Source of the DNA: an uncultured Pelagibacteraceae bacterium
GTDB taxonomy: Bacteria; Pseudomonadota; Alphaproteobacteria; Pelagibacterales; Pelagibacteraceae
Assembly (NCBI GenBank): GCA_902599495.1
Contig: CACKFY010000002.1
Span: 55,760-119,759 of the forward strand
Reading direction: 5' to 3'
Length of the DNA stretch: 64,000 bases
How positions within the stretch are numbered: the first letter of the stretch is position 1; each line of letters begins with the position of its first letter. Made by a program: the position numbers and the translations under genes. Below, one piece after another: positions 1 to 10,911 of this stretch. The notes below the pieces were generated by a model. The model was not told the DNA's origin and did not search any database. It was given only the letters and a program-made list of their open reading frames with translations.

Positions 1-149
1 CAAGAAAAAGAAAAAATAAAACGATGTCAGAAAAACTATATTTTGAAATAATTGATGCATCACAAAATAAAGGGTCGGCTATTAAAAAAAGAGAAGATAC
101 TCACAAGATGGCCGAGTCCAACAAAGCTTTTGCACACTTTAGATGGTAA
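1..149 (+). CDS. rpsG: 30S ribosomal protein S7, C-terminal fragment (truncated by window)
   Basis: Frame from nt 3 reads ...[26 protein letters not shown], the S7 C-terminus; directly upstream of fusA. Confidence 0.95.
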   Translation, partial: RKRKNKTMSEKLYFEIIDASQNKGSAIKKREDTHKMAESNKAFAHFRW

Positions 150-152
150 TTT

Positions 153-2228
153 ATGTCAAAAAAATATTCATTAAATAAATATCGCAACATTGGAATCATG
201 GCACACATTGATGCTGGTAAAACAACAACGACGGAAAGAATTTTATATTATACTGGTAAAAGTCATAAAATAGGTGAAGTACACGATGGCGCTGCAACAA
301 TGGACTGGATGGAGCAAGAACAAGAGAGAGGAATAACAATCACCTCTGCAGCTACTACTTGTTTTTGGAGAGATCATAGAATTAATATTATTGATACACC
401 AGGACATGTAGATTTTACAATTGAGGTTGAGAGATCTTTAAAAGTTTTAGATGGTGCAGTAGCTGTATTTGATGGAGTAGCTGGCGTAGAACCTCAGTCA
501 GAAACTGTATGGAGACAAGCAGACAAATATAAAGTTCCAAGAATCTGTTTTGTAAACAAATTGGACCGAACAGGTGCTGATTTTTTTAGGTGTGTTGAAA
601 TGATTAAAGAAAGACTTGGAGCTAAACCACTCGTTCTTCAAATTCCAGTAGGAATAGAAGCCGATCTTAAAGGAATAGTTGATCTAGTTAAGATGAAAGC
701 TGTCATTTGGCAAAACGAAGATTTAGGAGCAAAGTTTGATTTAGTAGATATACCCGAAGATCTTAAAGATAAAGTCTCACAATATAGGAAAGAATTGGTA
801 GAAACTGCTGTAGAGGAAGATGAAAAATTAATGGAAGAGTATTTAAACGGTAAAGAACCATCAGAGGCAGATCTTATAAAATGTATTAGAAAAGGTACAC
901 TGGGATTTAATTTTGTACCTATAACTACTGGGTCAGCTTTTAAAAATAAAGGTGTTCAGCCTCTTTTAGATGCAGTTATAGATTATCTACCTAGCCCAGA
1001 AGATTTAAAGTCAATAGAGGGCACTAAACTTGGATCTGATGAAAAAGTTCAAATGAAGTTTGCGGACAACGAACCTTTTTCTGGATTAGCCTTTAAAGTA
1101 GCTAATGACCCGTTTGTAGGGTCTTTAACATTTGTGAGAATTTACTCAGGGACATTAAAATCGGGCACCTCAGTTTATAATTCTTCGAAAGAAAAATCTG
1201 AGCGTGTTGGAAGAATGCTTTTGATGCATGCAAATAGCAGAGAAGATATTAAAGAGGCCACTGCAGGGGATATAGTTGCATTAGCAGGTTTAAAATACAC
1301 AATTACAGGTCATACTTTGTGCGAGGAAGATAAACCTGTTCTACTTGAACCTATGGAATTCCCAGATCCGGTTATAGAAATTGCTGTTGAACCCAAAACT
1401 AAGGCGGACCAAGAAAAAATGGGAGAAGCTCTAGGTAGACTTGCTAAAGAAGACCCCTCATTTAGAGTGACTTCAGATGAAGAGTCAGGACAAACTATTA
1501 TTAAGGGAATGGGAGAATTACACTTAGATATTATCGTTGATAGAATGAAAAGGGAATTTAAAGTTGAGGCAAATATTGGAGCTCCTCAAGTCGCATATAG
1601 AGAAACTATATTAGGTTCCTCAGAAGTTACATATATCCATAAAAAGCAAAGTGGAGGAGCAGGACAATTTGCCAAAGTAACTCTTTTGGTCGAGCCTTTG
1701 GACCCTGGAAAAGGAAGAGAAGTTGAAAATAAAATTAAAGGTGGAGCAATTCCTAAAGAATTTATTCCGGGAGTTGAAAAAGGCGTTGAAAGTGTAGCTG
1801 ATAGTGGAATTTTAGCTGGCTTTCCTATGATAGATTATAAAGTTACTATTCTTGACGGTTTACATCATGATGTTGACTCAAGTGTTTTGGCTTTTGAAAT
1901 AGCTAGTAGAATGTGTTTCAAAGATGCTTGCACAAAAGCTCAATTAAAACTATTAGAACCCATCATGAAAGTTGAAGTCGTCACACCAGAAGATTTTATG
2001 GGAGATGTAATAGGAGATCTAAATAGCCGTAGAGGTCAGGTCGGATCTACTGAACCTAGAGGAAACGCTACAGCTATACAAGCGACAGTGCCGCTAGCGA
2101 ATATGTTTGGATATATAAATAATTTAAGATCCTCAACACAAGGAAGAGCACAATATACAATGCAATTTAGTCATTATGATAAAGTGCCACAAAATGTTCA
2201 AGACGAAGTAACAAAGAAATTAGCATAA
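153..2228 (+). CDS. fusA: Elongation factor G
   Basis: [22 protein letters not shown] and NKLD GTPase motifs; 691 aa. Confidence 0.99.
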   Translation: MSKKYSLNKYRNIGIMAHIDAGKTTTTERILYYTGKSHKIGEVHDGAATMDWMEQEQERGITITSAATTCFWRDHRINIIDTPGHVDFTIEVERSLKVLDGAVAVFDGVAGVEPQSETVWRQADKYKVPRICFVNKLDRTGADFFRCVEMIKERLGAKPLVLQIPVGIEADLKGIVDLVKMKAVIWQNEDLGAKFDLVDIPEDLKDKVSQYRKELVETAVEEDEKLMEEYLNGKEPSEADLIKCIRKGTLGFNFVPITTGSAFKNKGVQPLLDAVIDYLPSPEDLKSIEGTKLGSDEKVQMKFADNEPFSGLAFKVANDPFVGSLTFVRIYSGTLKSGTSVYNSSKEKSERVGRMLLMHANSREDIKEATAGDIVALAGLKYTITGHTLCEEDKPVLLEPMEFPDPVIEIAVEPKTKADQEKMGEALGRLAKEDPSFRVTSDEESGQTIIKGMGELHLDIIVDRMKREFKVEANIGAPQVAYRETILGSSEVTYIHKKQSGGAGQFAKVTLLVEPLDPGKGREVENKIKGGAIPKEFIPGVEKGVESVADSGILAGFPMIDYKVTILDGLHHDVDSSVLAFEIASRMCFKDACTKAQLKLLEPIMKVEVVTPEDFMGDVIGDLNSRRGQVGSTEPRGNATAIQATVPLANMFGYINNLRSSTQGRAQYTMQFSHYDKVPQNVQDEVTKKLA

Positions 2229-2229
2229 T

Positions 2230-2538
2230 ATGGAAAACCAAAATATCAGAATTCATCTTAAGGCTTACGATAATAAAATTTTAGATCTTTCTACTGAGGA
2301 GATAGTAAATACGGCTAAAAGAACAGGTGCTCAAGTTAAAGGTCCTATTCCTTTACCAACTAGGATCGAGAGATACACAGTTTTGAGATCACCACATATT
2401 GATAAAAAAAGCAGAGAGCAGTTTGAGTCAAGAACTCATAAAAGATTAATAGATATAATTGAACCTACTCCCCAAACAGTTGAAGCTTTAATGAAGTTAG
2501 ATTTAGCCTCGGGTGTAGACATAGAAATTAAGATATAA
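2230..2538 (+). CDS. rpsJ: 30S ribosomal protein S10
   Basis: GPIPLPT...[14 protein letters not shown] motif. Confidence 0.99.
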   Translation: MENQNIRIHLKAYDNKILDLSTEEIVNTAKRTGAQVKGPIPLPTRIERYTVLRSPHIDKKSREQFESRTHKRLIDIIEPTPQTVEALMKLDLASGVDIEIKI

Positions 2539-2540
2539 TT

Positions 2541-3248
2541 ATGAGCATAGGATTAATAGGAACGAAATTAGGAATGACCAGAGAATTTATTCAATCAGGC
2601 CAATCTGTACCTGTTACTGTCATAAAGATAGAAACAGGAAGAGTTATTGATATTATTGAAAAAGACAAGAGAGGATATTCAGCTGTAAAAGTTGGTTATT
2701 TTACGCAAAAAAACTCTAAACTCACTAAACAAATGAAAGGATATTTTACAAAGAAAAATACCGAACCAAAAAAAATCTTAAAAGAATATAGAGTTGAAAA
2801 TACTGAAAATTTCAAAACAGGAAACGAACTTGGCTTAGAGATTTTAAAAGATAAAAAATTTATTGATATAAAATCAAAAACTATTGGTAAAGGATTTGCA
2901 GGAGTTATGAAAAGATGGAATTTTAGAGGTCTAAGGGCATCACATGGTGTTTCAGTATCTCATAGATCACATGGATCTACAGGGCAAAGACAAGATCCAG
3001 GAAAAGTTTTTAAAGGAAAAAAGATGGCTGGTCATATGGGAGATAAATTTAGAACTATATTAAATTTAGAGATTATTAAGTCCGATTTAACTAATAATTT
3101 ACTCTATGTTAAAGGATCAATACCGGGAGGAAAAAACTCTACAATTTTTGTAAGAGAATCAGTGAAGAAAATCAAAAGAAAAACAACTTTAGAAAAATTT
3201 AATGAAAAAAATATTAAAACTGAAGCAGCGAAAGGTAAAAAAAAGTAA
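2541..3248 (+). CDS. rplC: 50S ribosomal protein L3
   Basis: KLGMT, GKGFAGVMKRWNF, PGKVFKGKKMAGHMG; operon order. Confidence 0.98.
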   Translation: MSIGLIGTKLGMTREFIQSGQSVPVTVIKIETGRVIDIIEKDKRGYSAVKVGYFTQKNSKLTKQMKGYFTKKNTEPKKILKEYRVENTENFKTGNELGLEILKDKKFIDIKSKTIGKGFAGVMKRWNFRGLRASHGVSVSHRSHGSTGQRQDPGKVFKGKKMAGHMGDKFRTILNLEIIKSDLTNNLLYVKGSIPGGKNSTIFVRESVKKIKRKTTLEKFNEKNIKTEAAKGKKK

Positions 3249-3884
3249 ATGAAAGTAAAACTTTTAAATTTGCAAAACTCAAAATCAGAAACGATTGAAA
3301 TTTCTGACAAAATACTGAAACAGAAAATTAATTATAAATTAATAAAATCAGTAATAGACTGGCAACTAAATCATTTAAAGCCAAGAACAGCAAAAACTAA
3401 ACAAAAAAATGAAATTAAAGGATCAACAAAAAAAATTGTTCCTCAAAAGGGCAGTGGAGGTGCTCGTCATGCAAGCAGAAAAGCCCCAATATTTGTAGGT
3501 GGAGGAGTGGCTCATGGCCCAAAAGGTGCGGTGTATAAAATTAAAAAGATTAATAAAAAAGTTAGAAAATTAGCCTTAGCCCACACTTTGTCCAAAAAAA
3601 ACTTAGATAAAAATTTATATGTTTTATCTGACGTAAAAAAAGAGATTAAAAAAACAAAAGAATTTAACACTTTTTTGAAAAAAAATAATCTTTTAAATGT
3701 TGTTATAATTTCTGACAATGAAACACAAAAAAATATAAATAAATCTGCTAGAAATATTAAAAATTTGAAAATAATTAATGATGCAGGCGCAAATATTTAT
3801 GACATGATTAAATACAAAAATGTTTTATTAACTCAAACCTCAGTTAAAAATTTAGAAAAAAGGATACTAAATGAAAAAAATTAA
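3249..3884 (+). CDS. rplD: 50S ribosomal protein L4
   Basis: QKGSGGARHAS...GGGVAHGPK motif. Confidence 0.97.
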   Translation: MKVKLLNLQNSKSETIEISDKILKQKINYKLIKSVIDWQLNHLKPRTAKTKQKNEIKGSTKKIVPQKGSGGARHASRKAPIFVGGGVAHGPKGAVYKIKKINKKVRKLALAHTLSKKNLDKNLYVLSDVKKEIKKTKEFNTFLKKNNLLNVVIISDNETQKNINKSARNIKNLKIINDAGANIYDMIKYKNVLLTQTSVKNLEKRILNEKN

Positions 3885-4164
3885 TTCTTTAGACTCTATT
3901 TTAAGACCTATCATAACTGAAAAAGCGACTATTCTTTCAGAACAAAATAAAACTGTTTTTAAAGTTCACAAAAAAGCAAATAAATCAAATATTAAAAAAA
4001 ATATTGAAAAAATATTTAAAGTAAACGTTATCAAGGTAAATATTGTAAATTTAAAATCAAAAATTAAATTAAAGCAAGGTAGAATATCAAAAAAAAACGG
4101 TTATAAAAAAGCAATAGTAACTCTTAAAAAAGGTCAAAGTATTGACCTAACATCAGGAATTTAA
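3871..4164 (+). CDS. rplW: 50S ribosomal protein L23
   Basis: PIITEKAT...YKKAIVTLKKGQSID. Confidence 0.97.
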   Translation: MKKINSLDSILRPIITEKATILSEQNKTVFKVHKKANKSNIKKNIEKIFKVNVIKVNIVNLKSKIKLKQGRISKKNGYKKAIVTLKKGQSIDLTSGI

Positions 4165-4165
4165 A

Positions 4166-4996
4166 ATGGCTCTAAAAACTTTCAAACCATACACAAAATC
4201 AAATAGAAGTACTGTGATAGTAGATAAAAGTTCCTTATGGAAAGGCTCACCTTACAAAAAATTAACTAAAGGACAAAATTCTACAGGTGGAAGAAATAAT
4301 TATGGCAGAATAACATCAAGACATAGAGGTGGAGGTTCAAAACATAAATTTAGAATAATAGATTTTTTCAGAAAGAAAAAAAATATGACAGCTGTTATTG
4401 AGCGTATTGAGCATGATCCTAATAGAACTTCACACATCGCTCTTATAAAATATGAGGATGATACTAGAAATTATATAATATGTCCTCAAGGATTAAAAAT
4501 AGGAGACAAAGTATCATCTGGAGAAAAATCAGATATAAAGATCGGTAATTGTTTACAACTTAAAGACATACCACCTGGAACAGTAATTCATAATGTTGAA
4601 CTTATTCCTGGTAATGGGGGTAAACTAGCTAGATCAGCTGGCTCTTCAGTTACACTTTCTGGGATAGATAATGACTATGCCATACTAAAACTTTCATCAG
4701 GAGAAACAAGAAAAGTAAGTTTTAATTGTAATGCAACAATCGGTTCTGTATCAAACCCTGATCAAAAAAATATTAAAATTGGAAAAGCTGGAAGAAACAG
4801 ATGGAGAGGTAAAAGACCTCAATCAAGAGGAGTAGCTATGAACCCAGTAGATCATCCTCATGGAGGAGGAGAAGGTAAAACCTCTGGAGGTAGAAGTCCT
4901 GTTTCTCCGTGGGGACAATCAGCAAAAGGTTTAAAAACAAGAAAACCAAAAAGAAGTGATAAGTTTATAATAACAAGAAGGAAGAAAAGGAAATAA
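4166..4996 (+). CDS. rplB: 50S ribosomal protein L2
   Basis: [31 protein letters not shown]. Confidence 0.99.
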   Translation: MALKTFKPYTKSNRSTVIVDKSSLWKGSPYKKLTKGQNSTGGRNNYGRITSRHRGGGSKHKFRIIDFFRKKKNMTAVIERIEHDPNRTSHIALIKYEDDTRNYIICPQGLKIGDKVSSGEKSDIKIGNCLQLKDIPPGTVIHNVELIPGNGGKLARSAGSSVTLSGIDNDYAILKLSSGETRKVSFNCNATIGSVSNPDQKNIKIGKAGRNRWRGKRPQSRGVAMNPVDHPHGGGEGKTSGGRSPVSPWGQSAKGLKTRKPKRSDKFIITRRKKRK

Positions 4997-4998
4997 TT

Positions 4999-5325
4999 AT
5001 GACAAGAGCAATTTGGAAAGGCCCCTTTGTACATCCTAGTTTATTAAAAAAAATTGATAAATTAAAAAATAACCCAACAAAAAAACCAATAAAAACTTGG
5101 TCTAGAAATTCAACTATAATTCCAGATTTTGTCGGCCATAGCTTTATGATACACAATGGAAAATCATTTATTCCTATAACGATTTCTGAAGAGATGGTAG
5201 GACACAAACTAGGTGAATTTGCACCTACTAGAACTTTTAAAGGACATACGCCTGCAGATAAAAAAGCAGCTGCAGAAAAAGCTGCTGCTGCCCCTACAAC
5301 TGGAGCAAAAGATGACAAAAAATAA
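4999..5325 (+). CDS. rpsS: 30S ribosomal protein S19 with Ala/Lys-rich C-terminal extension
   Basis: [24 protein letters not shown]. Confidence 0.98.
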   Translation: MTRAIWKGPFVHPSLLKKIDKLKNNPTKKPIKTWSRNSTIIPDFVGHSFMIHNGKSFIPITISEEMVGHKLGEFAPTRTFKGHTPADKKAAAEKAAAAPTTGAKDDKK

Positions 5326-5686
5326 TAATACAGTTAAAGCAATAAACAAAAATGTAAGGTCCAGTCCTAGAAAAATATCTTTGGTTTTAGATCATATTAG
5401 AGGAAAAAAGGTAAGTGAGGCGATAAGGGATTTAGATTTTATTAGAAAAAAAATCTCTCTGGATGTTAGTAAAACAGTAAAATCAGCTGTAGCAAATGCT
5501 GAAAACAACAATCAGTACGACATAGACAATCTTTATGTAAAAGAGGCATTTGTAGGAAAATCCTTGGTGATGAAAAGATTTAGACCAAGAGCAAAAGGGA
5601 GAGCAAGTCCTATAAAAAAACCATTTAGTAGAATTACAATTGTTTTAAGTGAAAAAAAGGAGAGTTCAAATGGGCCAAAAAATTAA
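5312..5686 (+). CDS. rplV: 50S ribosomal protein L22 (start reassigned to ATG 5312)
   Basis: [26 protein letters not shown]; in frame with ORF 5213..5686. Confidence 0.96.
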   Translation: MTKNNNTVKAINKNVRSSPRKISLVLDHIRGKKVSEAIRDLDFIRKKISLDVSKTVKSAVANAENNNQYDIDNLYVKEAFVGKSLVMKRFRPRAKGRASPIKKPFSRITIVLSEKKESSNGPKN

Positions 5687-6356
5687 TCCAATTGGTTTAA
5701 GATTAGGTATCAATCGTGGATGGGACTCCACTTGGTTTGCTAAAAAAAAGGACTTTGGAAAATACCTAATAGAAGATTTTAAAATGAGAGAGTATATTAA
5801 AAAGAACATTGTCAACTCAGGAGTTTCGGAGATTATAATAGAAAGATCTTCAAAAAAATGTACAGTTTCAATTCACACTTCAAGACCAGGTTTTGTAATA
5901 GGAAAAAAGGGTTCTGATATTGAAAAGATTAAAAAAAACTTGATGAAAATTACTGAAAGCGAAGTAAACGTAAATATTAAAGAAATTAAAAAACCAGAAT
6001 TAAATGCTAATTTAGTTGCAGAAAATATAGCTCAACAATTAGTAAAAAGAATCGCGTATAGAAGAGCAATGAAAAGAGCAATGCAATCTGCAATGAGATT
6101 AAACGCGAAAGGAATTAAAGTAATGGTAAGTGGTAGATTGGCTGGAAATGAAATAGCTAGAACTGAATGGTTAAGAGAGGGCAGTATACCGTCACATACT
6201 TTAAGAGCAAATATTGACTATGGTTTTGCAGAGGCACTGACCACATATGGAATTATTGGAATAAAAGTATGGATCTATAAGGGTACACTATTTGAAAAAG
6301 ACATAGAAAAACAAAAAATAGAAAGAGTAAAAAATGTTACAACCAACAAGAACTAA
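5670..6356 (+). CDS. rpsC: 30S ribosomal protein S3 (start ATG 5670)
   Basis: [26 protein letters not shown]; SD-like AAGGAG upstream. Confidence 0.98.
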   Translation: MGQKINPIGLRLGINRGWDSTWFAKKKDFGKYLIEDFKMREYIKKNIVNSGVSEIIIERSSKKCTVSIHTSRPGFVIGKKGSDIEKIKKNLMKITESEVNVNIKEIKKPELNANLVAENIAQQLVKRIAYRRAMKRAMQSAMRLNAKGIKVMVSGRLAGNEIARTEWLREGSIPSHTLRANIDYGFAEALTTYGIIGIKVWIYKGTLFEKDIEKQKIERVKNVTTNKN

Positions 6357-6738
6357 ATACAGAAAAGCATTTAAAGGTCGGATTAAAGGCAAAGCAACAA
6401 GAGCTGTTACTTTAAATTATGGTCAATTCGGTTTAAAAGCAATGCAGCCAGAAAGAGTAATTGGCAAACAAATTGAGGCAGCTAGAGTAGCATTAACAAG
6501 ATACATGAAAAGAACTGGAAAAGTTTGGACAAGAGTATTTCCTAACATACCAGTATCAAAAAAACCAACTGAAGTTAGAATGGGTAAAGGAAAAGGATCA
6601 CCAGAATATTATGCTTGCAGAGTAAAACCAGGGAGAATAATTTTTGAAATCGATGGAGTAACCGAAGATGTTGCAAAAGAGGCACTCTATAAGGCTTCTG
6701 CAAAATTACCAATTAAAACAAAATTTATAAAAAGGTAA
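6334..6738 (+). CDS. rplP: 50S ribosomal protein L16
   Basis: [22 protein letters not shown]. Confidence 0.98.
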   Translation: MLQPTRTKYRKAFKGRIKGKATRAVTLNYGQFGLKAMQPERVIGKQIEAARVALTRYMKRTGKVWTRVFPNIPVSKKPTEVRMGKGKGSPEYYACRVKPGRIIFEIDGVTEDVAKEALYKASAKLPIKTKFIKR

Positions 6739-6740
6739 AA

Positions 6741-6932
6741 ATGGTAAAGAAAAAAAAAGAGGATAAAAAATTAACAAAAGATCAAGCTTTAAAAAAACTT
6801 GAAGCACTTAAGAAAGATCTTTTAAATATTAGATTTAAAAGAATAAATAATCAGGTTGAAAATCCTGCGCAATACAATGAGATTAAAAAAAGCATAGCCA
6901 GATTATATACAACAATTGGAAGATCCAAATGA
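6741..6932 (+). CDS. rpmC: 50S ribosomal protein L29
   Basis: Position between rplP and rpsQ; LLNIRF...[10 protein letters not shown]. Confidence 0.92.
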   Translation: MVKKKKEDKKLTKDQALKKLEALKKDLLNIRFKRINNQVENPAQYNEIKKSIARLYTTIGRSK

Positions 6933-7159
6933 CTAAAAAAATTTTAAAAGGAATTGTAACAAGCGCAAAAAATAATAAAACAATTGTGGTGGAAGTAACA
7001 AGAAAATTTGCTCATCCTTTTTATGGAAAGGTAATAAAAAGATCAAAAAAATATCACGCACATGATGAAGAAAATAAAATTAAAGAGGGTCAAAGTATAG
7101 AAATTATTGAATGCAATCCAATTTCTAAAAAAAAAAGATGGAAGGTATTAGAAAAATGA
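6929..7159 (+). CDS. rpsQ: 30S ribosomal protein S17
   Basis: [27 protein letters not shown]. Confidence 0.97.
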   Translation: MTKKILKGIVTSAKNNKTIVVEVTRKFAHPFYGKVIKRSKKYHAHDEENKIKEGQSIEIIECNPISKKKRWKVLEK

Positions 7160-7524
7160 TACAAGTACAAACAGAATTGAAAGTAGCAGACAATACAGGA
7201 GCTAGAAGAGTTGAATGTATAAAAGTTTTAGGAGGATCAAAAAGAAGGTATGCCTCAATTGGTGATATTATTGTTATAAGTGTTAAAGATGCTATACCGA
7301 AAGGAAAGGTAAAAAAAGGAGCAGTCCATAAAGCTGTTGTAGTTAGAACTAAAAAAGAGGTTTTTAGAAATGACGGATCTAAAATTCAGTTTGATACTAA
7401 CGCTGTAGTTTTGACAGATGACAAAGGTGAACCGATAGGAACGAGAATATTTGGACCAGTAACTAGAGAATTAAGGTTTAGGGGTCATACAAAAATTATT
7501 TCCTTAGCACCGGAGGTATTATAA
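7156..7524 (+). CDS. rplN: 50S ribosomal protein L14 (start ATG 7156)
   Basis: [33 protein letters not shown]. Confidence 0.99.
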   Translation: MIQVQTELKVADNTGARRVECIKVLGGSKRRYASIGDIIVISVKDAIPKGKVKKGAVHKAVVVRTKKEVFRNDGSKIQFDTNAVVLTDDKGEPIGTRIFGPVTRELRFRGHTKIISLAPEVL

Positions 7525-7785
7525 ATGTTAAGTTTGAAAAAAGGTTTACAAGTAAAAATTATCACTGGAAAAGATAAGGGAAAAACCGGTGAAATATTAG
7601 AAATCGACAGAAGATCTAAGAGAGTGAAGATAAAATCTATTAATATGATTAAAAAACATCTTAAACCGACCAAAGAAAATAAGGGTGGAATAATAACGAA
7701 AGAAAATTACATACATATTTCCAATATAAAAAATGTAGATAAGACAACTGAAAAAAATAAGATAAAAAAGGAAAGTAAAAAATAA
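7525..7785 (+). CDS. rplX: 50S ribosomal protein L24 (short C-terminus)
   Basis: KOW motif VKIITGKDKGKTG; GGIITKENYIHISN. Confidence 0.95.
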   Translation: MLSLKKGLQVKIITGKDKGKTGEILEIDRRSKRVKIKSINMIKKHLKPTKENKGGIITKENYIHISNIKNVDKTTEKNKIKKESKK

Positions 7786-8339
7786 TGACTCCAAGACTTA
7801 AAACCTTATACGATAAAGAAATTGTTAATAATTTAATGAACAAGCTTAAATGTCAAAATAAGCATCAAGTTCCAAAAATAATTAAAATTGTATTAAACAT
7901 GGGTTTAGGCGAAGATGCAGGCGACAGTAAGAAAGTTAATATCAGTTTAGAGGACTTAAGCTTAATTACTGGCCAAAGAGCAGTTATAACAAAATTTAAA
8001 AAATCTATTGCAAATTTCAAAACAAGAAAAGGACAAAGCGCAGGTTTAAAAGTTACTTTGAGATCAAATAGAATGTACGAATTTATTGATAGATTAGTAA
8101 ATATAGCTTTACCAAGGATCAAAGATTTCAGGGGTCTTAAATCACAAGGCATCGATAATTCAGGTAATTATAGCTTTGGTATTAAAGAGCATATTGTTTT
8201 TCCAGAAGTAAATTTTGACAAAGTTGACAAAATAAGAGGTTTAGACATTACAATTGTTACATCTAGCACTTCTAAAGTTGGGACTTTGGAACTTCTTAAA
8301 GAGTTTAATTTTCCAATAACAGATAAAAAGGGGAGGTAA
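7785..8339 (+). CDS. rplE: 50S ribosomal protein L5
   Basis: [33 protein letters not shown]. Confidence 0.98.
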   Translation: MTPRLKTLYDKEIVNNLMNKLKCQNKHQVPKIIKIVLNMGLGEDAGDSKKVNISLEDLSLITGQRAVITKFKKSIANFKTRKGQSAGLKVTLRSNRMYEFIDRLVNIALPRIKDFRGLKSQGIDNSGNYSFGIKEHIVFPEVNFDKVDKIRGLDITIVTSSTSKVGTLELLKEFNFPITDKKGR

Positions 8340-8340
8340 A

Positions 8341-8646
8341 ATGGCAAAAAGAAGCGCAATTCAAAAAAACTTAAAAAGAATGAAGATGGTAAAAAAATTT
8401 GAAAAAAAACGTGAGAAATTAAAAAAAATTATTATGAATAAAAAACTGGAATTGGCTGAAAGATTTGCAGCTCAATTAAAGTTAGACAAATTACCAAAAA
8501 ATTCATCAAAAGTAAGAATTAGAAATAGATGTGGGATATCGGGTAGACCACATGGATATTATAGAAAATTAAAAATATCTAGAATAGCTTTAAGAGATAT
8601 GGCTTCATCTGGAAAAATACCTGGAATTATAAAATCAAGTTGGTAG
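8341..8646 (+). CDS. rpsN: 30S ribosomal protein S14 (long, zinc-free type)
   Basis: [14 protein letters not shown]...[11 protein letters not shown]; 101 aa, one Cys. Confidence 0.98.
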   Translation: MAKRSAIQKNLKRMKMVKKFEKKREKLKKIIMNKKLELAERFAAQLKLDKLPKNSSKVRIRNRCGISGRPHGYYRKLKISRIALRDMASSGKIPGIIKSSW

Positions 8647-8653
8647 GAGGATT

Positions 8654-9052
8654 ATGACTTTAGTTGACCCAATAGGCGACATGTTTACAAGGATTAGAAA
8701 CGGACAAATGAGAAATTTAGCATCAGTTAACGTGCCAGCATCAAAATTTAGATCTAAAATTTTAGAAATTTTAAGAACTGAAGGATATATTAATAACTTT
8801 TATCTAGAGAGTAGCGAAAATAACAAGAAAATAATTAAAGTTAACTTGAAATATTACGAGGGCTCTCCTGTAATTAAAGAGATAAAACGTATATCAAAAC
8901 CAGGTAGACGGGTTTATTCTAGAGCAACTAGTATACCAAAAATACAAAATGGTTTGGGAATGGCTATTCTATCAACTTCACAAGGTGTTATGTCTGATAT
9001 TGATGCTAGAAAAAATAACATTGGTGGAGAAATAATTTGTAAGGTGTTTTAA
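8654..9052 (+). CDS. rpsH: 30S ribosomal protein S8
   Basis: DPIGDMFTRIRN, SKPGRRVY, GGEIICKV; AGGAGG SD at 8645-8650. Confidence 0.98.
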   Translation: MTLVDPIGDMFTRIRNGQMRNLASVNVPASKFRSKILEILRTEGYINNFYLESSENNKKIIKVNLKYYEGSPVIKEIKRISKPGRRVYSRATSIPKIQNGLGMAILSTSQGVMSDIDARKNNIGGEIICKVF

Positions 9053-9597
9053 TGTCAAAAATTGGAAAAAAAAATATTTTATTACCAAAAGATACTACGA
9101 TGAAAGTAGAAGGTGATAAAATTACGTTAAATGGCCCTAAAGGCAATAAATCCCTTTTTATAAATCAAAAGGTTTTTTCTTGTAAAGTAAATGAAAACAA
9201 CGAGGCTCAAATTCGTCCAATAAATAAAGAAACTGATAATAAGACTCAATTATTATGGGGGACATACAGGAGTTTAATAAATAATGCTGTTATTGGAGTT
9301 TCAACAGGCCATGAAAAGATTTTAGAGCTTAATGGTGTGGGATTCAGAGCAAATTTAAAGGGTGAGTCTTTGAATTTACAAATTGGTTTTAGTCATGATG
9401 TTAATTTTAAATTTCCTAAAGATATTAAGATTACTGTTGAAAAACAAACAACAATTAAAATTAATGGTGTTGACAAAGAACTCGTATCAAAAATAGCATC
9501 TGATATTAAATCTTTGAAACCTGTCGAACCGTATAAAGGTAAAGGTATAAAAGAAAAAAACCAATATGTATTAAGAAAAGAAGGTAAGAAAAAATAA
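9052..9597 (+). CDS. rplF: 50S ribosomal protein L6
   Basis: MSKIGK, GVGFRA, PVEPYKGKGI. Confidence 0.98.
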   Translation: MSKIGKKNILLPKDTTMKVEGDKITLNGPKGNKSLFINQKVFSCKVNENNEAQIRPINKETDNKTQLLWGTYRSLINNAVIGVSTGHEKILELNGVGFRANLKGESLNLQIGFSHDVNFKFPKDIKITVEKQTTIKINGVDKELVSKIASDIKSLKPVEPYKGKGIKEKNQYVLRKEGKKK

Positions 9598-9950
9598 TGA
9601 GAAAAATAAGCTCAAAAATAAAAAGAAAAATTAGAAATAGAAAGAAAATGAAAAATGTAAATAATAATAAATTTAGAGTTACAGTATTTAAATCTTCAAA
9701 AAATATTTCAGCTCAAATTATAGACGATAAAATAAGAAAGACATTAGTTTCAGCGTCATCTACTGAAAAAAACTTTAAAAAAAATAAGATTAAAAAAATT
9801 GAACTATCAAATGTTTTAGGGGAATTATTAGCAAAGAGGGCAAAAGAAAAAAAAATCGAAAATGTTTACTTTGATAGAGGAGGATACAAATATCATGGAA
9901 GAGTTAAAGCATTTGCAGATTCTCTAAGAAAGAATGGAATGAAGTTTTAA
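9597..9950 (+). CDS. rplR: 50S ribosomal protein L18
   Basis: [23 protein letters not shown]. Confidence 0.98.
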   Translation: MRKISSKIKRKIRNRKKMKNVNNNKFRVTVFKSSKNISAQIIDDKIRKTLVSASSTEKNFKKNKIKKIELSNVLGELLAKRAKEKKIENVYFDRGGYKYHGRVKAFADSLRKNGMKF

Positions 9951-9951
9951 T

Positions 9952-10455
9952 ATGAGTGAAATAGATTATAAAGAAAAATTAGTAGCAATAAATAGAATAA
10001 CAAAAGTAGTAAAAGGTGGTAGACGATTTGGATTTGCAGCACTAGTAGTAGTAGGAAATCAAAAAGGTTCAATTGGAATTGGTCAAGGTAAATCAAAACA
10101 AGTTCCTGATGCAATAAAAAAAGCAACAGAAGTTGCTAAGAGAAATCAGTTAAAAATACCTCTTAAAGATGGTAGAACTTTACACCATGATGTGAGTGGA
10201 AAAAATGGATCAGGTAAAGTGTTTATGAGATCTGCTCCAGCTGGTACTGGTATTATAGCCGGAGGGCCAATTAGATCAGTTTGTGAGGTATTAGGAATTC
10301 AAGATGTTGTTGCTAAATCGTTAGGCTCAGCAAATCCTCACAATGTACTTAAAGCATGTATTAAAGGGTTAAGATCACAAATTTCACCAAAAATTTTATC
10401 AAATATTAGAGGAAAAAAAATATCAGAGATAATTTCTAAAAGAGAGAATAAATAA
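9952..10455 (+). CDS. rpsE: 30S ribosomal protein S5
   Basis: [26 protein letters not shown]. Confidence 0.98.
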   Translation: MSEIDYKEKLVAINRITKVVKGGRRFGFAALVVVGNQKGSIGIGQGKSKQVPDAIKKATEVAKRNQLKIPLKDGRTLHHDVSGKNGSGKVFMRSAPAGTGIIAGGPIRSVCEVLGIQDVVAKSLGSANPHNVLKACIKGLRSQISPKILSNIRGKKISEIISKRENK

Positions 10456-10907
10456 TGAAATTAAATAATTTAATTAAACTAAATAAAAAAAAGTTGAGAC
10501 CTGGTCGAGGAATTGGTTCTGGTAAAGGAAAAACTTCAGGAAGAGGCCATAAGGGTCAAAAGTCAAGGTCTGGAGTTGCAATTAAAAGTTTTGAAGGCGG
10601 TCAAATGCCATTATTTAGAAGACTACCTAAACGAGGATTTAAGTCTTTTAAAAGAAATAATGTTGCAATTATTAATCTTTCAAAAATTCAAAGTCTTTTT
10701 GAGACAAAAAAAAACAATTTAGATAAAAATATTGATTTAAAAATATTACAAAACTTGAAAATTATCTCAAAAAAATTCGATAAATTAAAAATTTTAGGCA
10801 CAGGAGAGATCAAAAGTAAAATAAATTTATCTACAAATTATATTTCAAAACAAGCAAAAGAAAAAATTGAAAAAGTTGGTGGCAAATTAACAATGCTAAA
10901 AAATTAA
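10455..10907 (+). CDS. rplO: 50S ribosomal protein L15
   Basis: GRGIGSGKGKTSGRGHKGQKSR, FEGGQMPLFRRLPKRGF. Confidence 0.98.
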   Translation: MKLNNLIKLNKKKLRPGRGIGSGKGKTSGRGHKGQKSRSGVAIKSFEGGQMPLFRRLPKRGFKSFKRNNVAIINLSKIQSLFETKKNNLDKNIDLKILQNLKIISKKFDKLKILGTGEIKSKINLSTNYISKQAKEKIEKVGGKLTMLKN

Positions 10908-10911
10908 AATT

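Noticed and set aside
5213-5311. Upstream extensions of ORF-track calls (rplV, rpsC, rplN, ugd, ribD, merR, rplM)
   Set aside because: They overlap the upstream gene or promoter; downstream ATGs match family N-termini
4965-5318. 117-aa minus-strand ORF and other 60-110 aa antisense ORFs in the ribosomal cluster
   Set aside because: Fully antisense to well-conserved genes; no independent coding signal
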